DNA from: an uncultured virus (IMG/VR IMGVR_UViG_2061766007_001633)
Lineage: Duplodnaviria; Heunggongvirae; Uroviricota; Caudoviricetes
IMG/VR virus record: IMGVR_UViG_2061766007_001633
Reading direction: 5' to 3' (one strand)
DNA: 40,787 bases
Shown here in pieces: positions 31,321 through 39,830 of the stretch. The notes under the pieces are model-generated. The model was not told the origin of the DNA, searched no databases, and saw only the letters and a program-made list of their open reading frames with translations. Position numbers and translations under genes: made by a program. Within the stretch, counting starts at the first letter, position 1. The number at the start of each line of letters is the position of its first letter.

Positions 31321-34015
31321 TCAGTCTTTTTTATAAAACTCGGTTTCATAGCCATCGGCGCGGAGCTTCAGACCTTTTGCCCACGGAGGGGTGCGGCCCA
31401 TCTGCTCACAAACGGCAGACAGCGACATGCGCGGTTCGGCTTCAATGACCAGCTCGTCGTGGATATGCATGGTGATAAAGCAATGCGAAAGCGTCCTCAT
31501 GGCNNNNNNNNNNAGCCCATCTGCTCACAAACGGCAGATAGCGACATGCGCGGGTCGGCCTCAATGACCAGTTCGTCGTGGATATGCATGGTGATAAAGC
31601 AATGCGAAAGCGTCCTCATGGCGTAGCAGAGAATGTCGCGGGAGGTTGCTTGCACGATGTTTTCCACGAGCTTCGGGCCATAGGTTTCAAGTCGCTCCCA
31701 CTTTTTTGTGCCGCCGACGCCTTCATAGGTGATACAGTCGCTGCCGAACTGGTTAGTGCCGAGCTTCGGTTTGACATAGGAAAGCCTTCTGCCGGACGGA
31801 AGCGTAATGAAGAGCATGCCGCTCTGGTAGGCGAACCTAATCCCGCACACCTCGTCGGGTATGCGATACTTCACGGCATTCATGGCAGCGCGGTCAATNN
31901 NNNNNNNNTCCACTCTGGTAGGCGAACTTAATCCCGCACACTTCGTCTGGTATGCGATACTTCACGGCATTCATGGCAGCGCGGTCAATATCCCACCANN
32001 NNNNNNNNAGACGGAAGCGTAATGAAGAGCATGCCACTCTGGTAGGCGAACCTAATCCCGCAAACCTCGTCGGGTATGCGATACTTCACGGCATTCATGG
32101 CAGCGCGGTCAATATCCCACCAGAACTTCACGATGTTCGGATTTGAGGCACGCCACGCATTTACCAGCGGTTGGAGTTCGTCTTCGGTCAGCCCCATTTC
32201 CAGAGCGCCCATTGCTTTGAGGGCTCCGACGCTACCGCCGTAGCCGAGGGCAAGTTCTGCGATTTTGCCTTTCTGACGCAGGTGACCGTTCACGCCGTGT
32301 TTCTCAACCGGCACCTTGAACATCTGCGAGGCAGACGCGCAGTAGATGTCGCCGCCTTTCTCGAAGACCTCCTGACGCCAGAGTTCACCGGCAAACCATG
32401 CGAGGACTCTTGCTTCGATTGCCGAAAAGTCCGACACCACGAATTTGCACCCGGCCTTCGGGATAAATGCAGTACGGATCAGCTGCGAGAGCGTATCCGG
32501 CACATCTTCATAGAGAAGCTCCACGCCGTCAAAGTCGCCGGAACGGACAAGGCCACGAGCCTCAGCCAGATCTTCGAGGTGGTTCTGTGGCAGGTTCTGC
32601 ATCTGAATGATGCGTCCGGCCCAGCGTCCGGTTCTGTTGGCACCGTAAAACTGGAACATACCTCGCGCACGACCATCAGCGCAGACGGCCTTTTCCATCG
32701 CCTGATATTTCTTGACGGAGCTCTTGGCCAGCTGCTGACGGAGGAGCAGTACGCGCTGCAGTTCCTTCGGAGCGGTTTTGAGCATTTCAGCGACTTCCTT
32801 TTTGCCAAGGGAATCGANNNNNNNNNNTCCGGCCTTCGGAATAAAAGCGGTGCGTATTAGCTGCGAGAGCGTATCCGGCACATCTTCATAGAGGAGTTCC
32901 ACACCGTCAAAGTCGCCGGAACGGACAAGACCACGCGCCTCTGCCAGATCTTCGAGGTGGTTCTGTGGCAGGTTTTGCATTTGAATGATGCGTCCTGCCC
33001 AGCGACCGGTTCTGTTGGCACCATAAAACTGGAACATACCCCGCGCACGACCATCAGCGCAGACGGCCTTTTCCATCGCCTGATACTTTTTGACCGAGCT
33101 CTTGGCCAGCTGCTGCCGGAGAAGAAGGACCTTCTGAAGTTCTGCCGGAGCGGTTTTGAGCATTTCAGCGACTTCCTTTTTGCCAAGGGAATCGACCTCC
33201 AGACCGTTATCCGAGAGCCATTGCTTCATCTGCTGTACGGAGTTCGGGTTATCGAGCGCGGTCAGCTTTTTCATGGCAGCGGTCAGCTCCGAGCGGGAGC
33301 GGGTATCCATTCCAATCGCCTGACGCACCAGTTCCATATCGAGGGCAACACCTCTGTCGTTGATCTCCTGATCGAGGTGGTATTCGTCCCAGACGAAGTC
33401 CGGAACCGGGAACTTGGCGAGTTTGTCCTGAATGGATCTCTCGACCTCAACATCGCGGATGTTATAGCGTTTGAAGGCTGCCCACTTATCCGGTGCGTGG
33501 TTCGGCAGGTTACGGGTGCGACCTCCGTTTGTTTTTGTGGCAGCGCATGGCTGACAGAAATATTTGATGAGTTCTTTTCCTTCAGCCAGCTTCTGCTTAT
33601 CAAGTCCGAGCACAGCGCCGGAGCCTTCGAGGGACAGCGGCAGACCCATATAGGCAGCCCAGACCATCGTGCATTTCCAAGAGGCAGGATCGAGATAGTT
33701 GCCGACTGTGTCCTCCGGAATGCTGTAGCCGGTATTGTCGAAGTGGCCGTGATCGCGGAGCCAGCGGGATAGACATATCCTCTCGAACTGTGCGTTGTAG
33801 GCCCACTTGGTGACAGAATCATCTGTCAGAGCTGTAATTACCTCCGGTGGGATCACTTCACCGCAGGCAAGGTCAATCTCCTGAACCGGGCCGCCGTCAG
33901 CGGAGTATCCGAAAAGAAGAATGTCGAAATCCGGCGCTTCGGTGTATTTGTAAACGCCACACTTGGCAAGGTCCACGCTGCTAAAGGTCTCAATATCGAT
34001 ACTGAGTGTTTTCAT
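31321..34015 (-). CDS. Family-A DNA polymerase (gapped, with internal duplicates)
   Basis: Exonuclease DIET; YGANRTGRWAGR; SDFSAIEARV; RQKGKIAELALGYGG; HIHDE; ends GYETEFYKKD*. Confidence 0.95.
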
Positions 34016-34035
34016 GTTTACCTTCTTTCACGGGG

Positions 34036-34064
34036 AAAAGGCGGCAAAGAAGCTCTCTGCCGCC
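34036..34064 (-). terminator. Intrinsic terminator-like hairpin upstream of the polymerase gene (duplicated at about 34251..34280)
   Basis: Minus strand GGCGGCAGAGA-gct-TCTTTGCCGCC-TTTT. Confidence 0.55.
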
Positions 34065-34292
34065 AGTCCCGATTTGCTTACTTGTTGTATTCCTTCATAC
34101 GCGCCTCATGGTATTCGAGGTCGCGCTTTTCACGCTTGCGCTCGCTCACGATGTTCTGGATCATGGAGATCAGAAAGGTGATGCTGACGCAGGACCAGAC
34201 GCCCAGAAGGAAGTTGACGANNNNNNNNNNATTTACCTTCTTTCACGGGGAAAAGGCGGCAAAGAAGCTCTCTGCCGCCACTCCCGATTTGC

Positions 34293-34493
34293 TTACTTGT
34301 TGTATTCCTTCATACGCGCCTCGTGGTATTCGAGGTCACGGGCTTCGCGCTCCCTGTCGCGCTTTTCACGCTTGCGGTCGTTCACGATATTCTGGATCAT
34401 GGAGACCAGAAAGGTGATGCTGACGCAGGACCAGACGCCCAGAAGGAAGTTGACGAGAAACTCGGTCAGAGCACTTACGGTATTTGCTTCCAT
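34293..34493 (-). CDS. Small single-TM membrane protein (allelic copy at 34078..34219)
   Basis: Hydrophobic FLVNFLLGVWSCVSITFLVSMI followed by a charged tail; GGAGG RBS. Confidence 0.7.
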   Translation of the reverse strand: MEANTVSALTEFLVNFLLGVWSCVSITFLVSMIQNIVNDRKREKRDREREARDLEYHEARMKEYNK

Positions 34494-34507
34494 AGCGGCA
34501 CCTCCGA

Positions 34508-35178
34508 TCAGGCGAGGAAGTCCTCGTCGGCATCGGTTCCGAAGTCGGATGCCGCGCTGGACTTGCCGCCGAGAGGCTCACCGTCACGAATCTTCTGGAG
34601 ATTGTTCAGACCGCAGGCGATGCCCTTGTTTCCGTTGCTGTTAAAGGCGTAGAAGTTGATGCTGGCACGACCGTACACACCGGAGTAAACCTCGGAGCGG
34701 GTCAGGATCGGATTGCAGTCCGCGTCCACGATGCCCGGAGCCGTCGAGGAATTTGCGTTGATGAAATAGCAGCCAGCGTAAGCCGGATCATCCGGACGCT
34801 CGGTGTCGCCGTCACGAAGAGGNNNNNNNNNNGAAGGCGTAGAAGTTGATGCTGGCGCGACCGTACACACCGGAGTAAACCTCGGAGCGGGTCAGGATCG
34901 GATTGCANNNNNNNNNNAGTCTTGATCGCGGTGAGCGCGGGAACGGTGCGACCGTTGCCCTTGAGCTTGGCCTGACCTTCCTCGTAGGCCGCCTGAATTG
35001 CCGCCTTGATCTTCTGAACGGTCACGGTGTCAGTCTTCGGAATGATGAGGCTGACGCTGAACTTGGGAGCGCCGCCGTTGATGGACTTGGCTTCCCAGAC
35101 ATTGGCGTAGGACCATCTGGTGTCCTTGCCGGTGATAACCTTCATGGGGTTTACGGGTTTTACATTAGAATTTGACAT
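34508..35178 (-). CDS. DUF2815-family ssDNA-binding protein (gapped)
   Basis: TRWSYANVWEAKSINGG.PKFSVSLII, PLRDGD, YSGVYGRASINFYAFNSNGNKGIACGLNNLQK, acidic tail DADEDFLA. Confidence 0.9.
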
Positions 35179-35179
35179 A

Positions 35180-36497
35180 TTAGTTGTCCTCCTTAAAATC
35201 ATCGATAATGGTTGTCATTGCCGGTCTTTTATCGCTGTCCGGCACCAGCGTGGGTTTACCTTGCGGCTTTGTAACAAGCCCGCCAAGGATGTCGTTGAAC
35301 TGTTTCTTTCCGAGAAGTGTGGTCATGGCGGTGACACCCAGAACCTTGTGTTCGTAGGGGTCGTATCCGGCAGCGGTGACTGCTGCGATGACGGCATTCT
35401 CGTCGGTGTACTTGCGGTTGGCACGGCCTTCGACCAGCTTGTAGCCGGACCATTGCTTGCCGCTGATAGCTGCACGAAGTGCATAGTCCTTGATGTCCGA
35501 TGCCCAAGAAATCAGGTCTTCAATGCGACCGAGGATTTCCTCGACTTCCTCATCCGTCAGGAGAGGCGGCTGCTTGAACTCGTACTTGGCAAGTTCCATG
35601 TTGGCTTCGGCTCTTTTGCGGCAGTCGGCTTTGGCCTTGCAGAACTGGCACCATTCACCGCAGTGGTATTCGCCGCTGCCGTTGAAGGCGAGCTCTGCCG
35701 TGGGGACCAGAACCTTTTCGGCCCATTCGTAGAGGTCTGCTTTCGGGAGAGTGAAGGTGCTGACATTGGCGCGTCTGGGCTGGTAGATCGTCATGCTGAC
35801 GGTGTCGATGTCGTAGATGCAGTCGAACAGCTCCAGCGCACCGAGGGCATACAGCTTCATTTGCGGGTTGTCATCAGCCTCGACCAGAACTCCGCGACCG
35901 TGCTTGTAGTCCACGATGTGCAGCGTCCCGTCCGCGATGATGATACAGTCGCCGGTGCCGAAGCCCTCCTCGACATATTTGGAGTAATCGAGTTTCTGTT
36001 CGATCAGGACCACCGGGTCGGCGCAGGTTTTCTTTGCCTCCTCGACGAGTTCCATCACGAAGGACACATAGCCGTTAGCGCAGTCCTCCATCTCGGCGCT
36101 GTACCACGAGAGGTTTTCTGTCGGGTCTGCAGCTTCCATGCCGAGCGCCGAGCGGAGCTTGTACTCGCANNNNNNNNNNGTCAAGGCGCTGCTCGATCAG
36201 CACCACCGGGTCGGCGCATGTTTTCTTGGCCTCTTCGACGAGTTCCATTACGAAGGACACATAGCCATTCGCGCAGTCCTCCATCTCGGCGCTGTACCAC
36301 GAGAGGTTCTCGGTCGGGTCTGCAGCTTCCATGCCGAGCGCCGAGCGGAGCTTGTACTCGCAAAGCGCGTGAGCGTCGGTACCTTCGGCTGCAAAATCGC
36401 TGCCTTTGTCGTCGTAGTCCTCACAGAGCCTTGCCGAGGGAGGGCAATTCAGCCACCTGTGCGAAGATGATGCAGAGAGAAGTGCGTGATTACCCAT
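35180..36497 (-). CDS. DUF2800 PD-(D/E)xK (Cas4-like) nuclease
   Basis: HALLSASSSHRWLNCPPS, EGTDAH, FGTGDCII, IVDYKHG, NPQMKLYALG, CGEWCQFCKAKADC. Confidence 0.9.
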
Positions 36498-36765
36498 TTC
36501 CCAGCACCTCCGCGTCTGCGACCAGCGCTTTGTACTTTGCCGGGTCGACTTCGGAGAGCTTGCTGGCACCGTACTTCTGGAGGAGTTCACGGATCTGAGC
36601 GGTAAAGCCGTCACGCGACTTGTTGGCCAGAATTGCGCGAACCGCCTCAAGGGTGAGTGCCTGTTCTTCTTTTACGGGTTCCGGAGTGGTTTCCGGTTCG
36701 GCTTCACCGTTGCCACTGAAGGCTTCGGTCAGCCAGTTGGCGATGGAGTTAATAGAAGATGCAAT
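36490..36765 (-). CDS. Conserved phage replication-module protein (5' end in gap)
   Basis: LTLEAVRAILANKSRDGFTAQIRELLQKYGASKLSEVDPAKYKAL. Confidence 0.75.
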   Translation of the reverse strand: MASSINSIANWLTEAFSGNGEAEPETTPEPVKEEQALTLEAVRAILANKSRDGFTAQIRELLQKYGASKLSEVDPAKYKALVADAEVLGNG

Positions 36766-36777
36766 NNNNNNNNNNNN

Positions 36778-36927
36778 ATTGTGGTTTTCTCCTCCTTCCT
36801 TGGATTGACTTGTCTGGGCTTCTCGGATCAGCTGCCTTGCCAGACGCTTTGACACTACGCTGATAGCCGTCAGGACTCCGATGAGCTCTTCATCAGCAAC
36901 GGCTCGGTTGTCTTTGGACTCGTTCAT
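36778..36927 (-). CDS. Small conserved phage protein
   Basis: MNESKDNRAVADEELIGVLTAISVVSKRLARQL; AGGAGG RBS. Confidence 0.7.
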
Positions 36928-36975
36928 GGCGGGTACCTCCTTCCGAGGACTTTTTTGTTGTTTCGCTGTCCTCAG

Positions 36976-37013
36976 TACCCACTGGACAGAAGGTGCCGTT
37001 TTGAACGAAAAGT
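36976..37013 (-). promoter_or_regulatory. Bipartite phage promoter motif, copy 2
   Basis: Same 15-bp and 16-bp blocks as 31282..31319 with a different 7-bp spacer; upstream of the first replication-operon gene. Confidence 0.7.
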
Positions 37014-37019
37014 TTTGAA

Positions 37020-37061
37020 AAAAATATTTGACCGCCGCAGGATTTCTCCCACGACGGCCAA
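37020..37061 (-). terminator. Terminator after the sigma-like gene
   Basis: TTGGCCGTCGTGGGA-GAAA-TCCTGCGGCGGTCAA (15-bp stem with several G-U pairs) then ATATTTTTT. Confidence 0.65.
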
Positions 37062-37070
37062 TGTGTACTA

Positions 37071-37704
37071 TTAAATGAAGTCTTTCAGGGCTTCACGAAG
37101 AAGGTCGAGCACGCGCTTCTTCTGATAATTGATGGTGGACTGACGCTTGCCTAAGTCCGCAGCCATCTCGCGTTCAGTTTTTCCTTCCATAATGAACTGG
37201 CAGATGCGTCTGCCGTCCGGGTCGAGCCTGTCGAGCTCTTCGTAGAGGGCTTCGAGCAGTGCCGTGTTTATAGCGATGGCCTCCGGGGAAGGCTCATCGG
37301 AAACGAGGGTGTCACCGAGGGTTAATCCTTCGGCATCGTCAAGCGGGGTATCGTAGCTGACGGTATTGCCGCAGGCGCTGTACGGGCAAACGCTGCAATC
37401 GGCATCGCAGGCCCANNNNNNNNNNGGTTCTTCTTTTACGGGTTCCGGAGTGGTTTCCGGTTCGGCCTCACCGTTGCCGCTGAAGGCTTCGGTCAGCCAG
37501 TTGGCGATGGAGTTAATAGAAGATACAATNNNNNNNNNNCAGCTTGGACTTCGGGCAAACACAGCGACCGGAGCGCTGCATCTGCTTCCTCGTGCGCTCG
37601 ATTTCCGGGTTGATGGAACGATATACATCTTCAGGTACCGGGACGAGCTGAACATCGTAGGGGTTTTCGGGGTTGCGAACGGGGTAATAGAACTCTGTTT
37701 TCAT
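37071..37704 (-). CDS. Phage sigma-70 region-4 (ECF-like) regulator with Cys cluster; interrupted by misplaced fragment 37426..37529
   Basis: MKTEFYYPV...RCVCPKSKL|WACDADCSVCPY...LDRLDPDGRRICQFIMEGKTEREMAADLGKRQSTINYQKKRVLDLLRE; AAGGAG RBS. Confidence 0.82.
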
Positions 37705-37745
37705 TGTTTTTCTCCTTGGATTTTCAAAATTTGCGGAAATCACAA

Positions 37746-37779
37746 GAAGAAAAAGGCTCCTGTGACTTCTCACAAGAGC
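37746..37779 (-). terminator. Leader terminator upstream of the sigma-like gene
   Basis: GCTCTTGTGA-GAAG-TCACAGGAGC followed by CTTTTTCTTCTT, about 40 nt before the start codon. Confidence 0.65.
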
Positions 37780-37899
37780 TATCCAATCGTTCCTATGGTC
37801 CGGTGCCATAGTTCGTAAGGTTCTTAGAGTTCTTTGGGTTTTTGTTTTTGAAAGTTGTTAAAATTCATTGTTTCGTAACATCGAATTTGTCGTAGATGA

Positions 37900-37928
37900 T
37901 TGTATTTTCGGCTTTTTTGTGTTATAAT
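37900..37928 (+). promoter_or_regulatory. Sigma-A promoter of the divergent plus-strand operon
   Basis: TTGTAT-17 bp-TATAAT with extended TGn. Confidence 0.75.
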
Positions 37929-38017
37929 AGGATTTAGTAGGGTTTGTTGGGGTTTGTAGTAATCCCCATACGAGCCCTTGTTCCAGTGAAAATCAGAGTC
38001 AATCGGAGGAGTTAACT

Positions 38018-38890
38018 GTGTCAAACAGCGTTTATCCCCGTCTTTGTGGAGGCACATTCTTCACCTTGGTATTGCAGGCCCTCAAGCAGCGGGTCAAAGC
38101 AAGAGAACATTATAATGGTGAGAGGGACGGCCTTTCAGATCCCGAAGTTTTGACAGGGCTCATTAAGGTCATCAATCCCGATTATCAGGTGCCGAAAGAC
38201 GGACTGAATAAGGGAAAAACAAATGAATATAAATCGTGCAAGACATCCGATGGAGCGTACCTGCCTTTTGGTGATACGCAGGAGGTTCGGGCTTTTGACT
38301 CGCGTGTACAGACGGACTATCGTGACGCTTTGAAGCCGATGGTCGCCTTTGTCGAGGAGTTTGTTGACACTGGCGCAGCGGTCAAAAAGCATGAGCATCT
38401 GGTTAAGGCGCTCGTTGATCTCATACAGAAGGATCAGTCTATTCTGGACGATGCCGAGTTCTATATTGGCGAGAACGGCGAGAAAACAAAAAAGGCCGCG
38501 CTTGGCGACCTGACAGAAGTTTGCCTTCCCGCATTTTTACTTGGGGTTTGGCATTATGCAGTTGTTTTCCGAAAAGACAATACAGTAGGTCAGGTGACCT
38601 ACGACGAGTGGTGTCCTTCGCAGGGTGGCGGCAAAAGAATATACAAAGGGAACATGGGCGATGGCATTCTTGACGGACTGGTTGTTATTGTGCCAGAAAT
38701 GAAGGAAGAAGAACCTCCTATCATTGAAGATGCTGAGCCGGTAGAAGCAGAGGTGTATGAAGAACCTCAACCGCAGACGGTTCAACAGACCGTGAACCAT
38801 CCGTTCGTGTTCAACTTTACACAGCACGGAGATAACAATACCCAGATTGGCCACATCGAGCACTATCATGCCGATAAGAAGGAGGATTGA
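38018..38890 (+). CDS. Unknown protein A with C-terminal RHIM-like motif after an acidic/Pro-rich linker
   Basis: 290-aa gap-free ORF, GGAGGAG RBS, GTG start; no family recognised. Confidence 0.85.
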   Translation: MSNSVYPRLCGGTFFTLVLQALKQRVKAREHYNGERDGLSDPEVLTGLIKVINPDYQVPKDGLNKGKTNEYKSCKTSDGAYLPFGDTQEVRAFDSRVQTDYRDALKPMVAFVEEFVDTGAAVKKHEHLVKALVDLIQKDQSILDDAEFYIGENGEKTKKAALGDLTEVCLPAFLLGVWHYAVVFRKDNTVGQVTYDEWCPSQGGGKRIYKGNMGDGILDGLVVIVPEMKEEEPPIIEDAEPVEAEVYEEPQPQTVQQTVNHPFVFNFTQHGDNNTQIGHIEHYHADKKED

Positions 38891-38894
38891 TGCA

Positions 38895-39557
38895 ATGGAA
38901 AAAGACAATAAGATAGTCCCTTCCGGCAACCAGCCTCCGCAGGTGGTAGGTCCCGGACAGCCGACACCGTTGGAGTTCAAACAAGAAGGAAGCGGCAACA
39001 CCCAGATCGGCCATGTTGAACACTACGACACCACGGTCAATCAAACGGTTGTGATCATGAATGGCTTTCAGCCTAACAACAGGCCGGTGGCTCCTCAGAG
39101 CGTATATTTCAACTATGATTGTTTTAATCTGTTCGTGCTGTTAGATGAGAAATATGACCAGCAAACATTCCTTGTACCGAAAGACCGAGCCTTGACAGAA
39201 TCCACTTCTGATGAGATGAAAGCACAGTGCGCCTCATTGACACCAGAGGCAATTCAGATAATAAAAACATTCCCGGCTCTGTTCTGTAGTGAGAATCACT
39301 ATTTTTCAAAAACCGATCCTGACCACATGGCCTATTATGGGTATGTGAACGATATAAAAGTTCAGGACAACGGAATCAAGGTATACTTCCAAATCCTGAA
39401 TTCATTTCCACAGCAGATCCTGATCGATATGGCCGAAGATTTATACATCGGTGGCGCGAGGCATTTCAACGAGTTGTGCCGGACGCATTGGGCCATTAAG
39501 AGAATAAACATGATAGAAGTATTTGAGCAACACGGATACAAATTATTCAAGCTCTAA
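38895..39557 (+). CDS. Unknown protein B with N-terminal RHIM-like motif and a C-terminal globular domain
   Basis: 220-aa ORF from ATG 38895 with AGGAGG RBS inside the end of gene A. Confidence 0.85.
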   Translation: MEKDNKIVPSGNQPPQVVGPGQPTPLEFKQEGSGNTQIGHVEHYDTTVNQTVVIMNGFQPNNRPVAPQSVYFNYDCFNLFVLLDEKYDQQTFLVPKDRALTESTSDEMKAQCASLTPEAIQIIKTFPALFCSENHYFSKTDPDHMAYYGYVNDIKVQDNGIKVYFQILNSFPQQILIDMAEDLYIGGARHFNELCRTHWAIKRINMIEVFEQHGYKLFKL

Positions 39558-39590
39558 TCATTGCATACAGAAAGAAACGGAGGAAAAGCA

Positions 39591-39809
39591 ATGAACCGTG
39601 AACATGAAGAAGCAACTGTCGAGAAAGAAGTTACTATCGAGAAATGGGTAAATCTCAAAGATATAGCGGAGCACCTCAGCGTAAGTCAGGACACCGTCCG
39701 CACTTGGATCAAGGATGGCAAGCTCCCATTTTATAAAGCGGGTAAGAGCTACAAGTTCAAAATCTCCGAAGTGGACGAGTGGGTCCGCGAAGGCAGAATA
39801 CAAGACTAA
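39591..39809 (+). CDS. Excisionase-type helix-turn-helix protein (HTH_17-like)
   Basis: WVNLKDIAEHLSVSQDTVRTWIKDGKLPFYKAGKSYKFKISEVDEW. Confidence 0.88.
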   Translation: MNREHEEATVEKEVTIEKWVNLKDIAEHLSVSQDTVRTWIKDGKLPFYKAGKSYKFKISEVDEWVREGRIQD

Positions 39810-39830
39810 GCGAAGGATGGTGTAAGGTAT

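Noticed and set aside
31321..34015. Intein, intron or domain duplication in the DNA polymerase
   Set aside because: Extra length is an allelic repeat (DSLGKKEV...IPKAG) across an N-gap; no intein or intron motifs seen
35180..36497. Cas4-like nuclease as evidence of a CRISPR system
   Set aside because: It is the DUF2800 phage replication/recombination nuclease; no repeat-spacer array or other cas genes seen
37426..37529. Insertion disrupting the sigma-like gene
   Set aside because: Gap-bounded allelic copy of 36660..36765; the flanks join into a continuous protein
37824..38057. 77-aa minus-strand ORF in the divergent region (also 37513..37809 extended start)
   Set aside because: No evident RBS, overlaps promoter elements and the start of gene A; likely spurious
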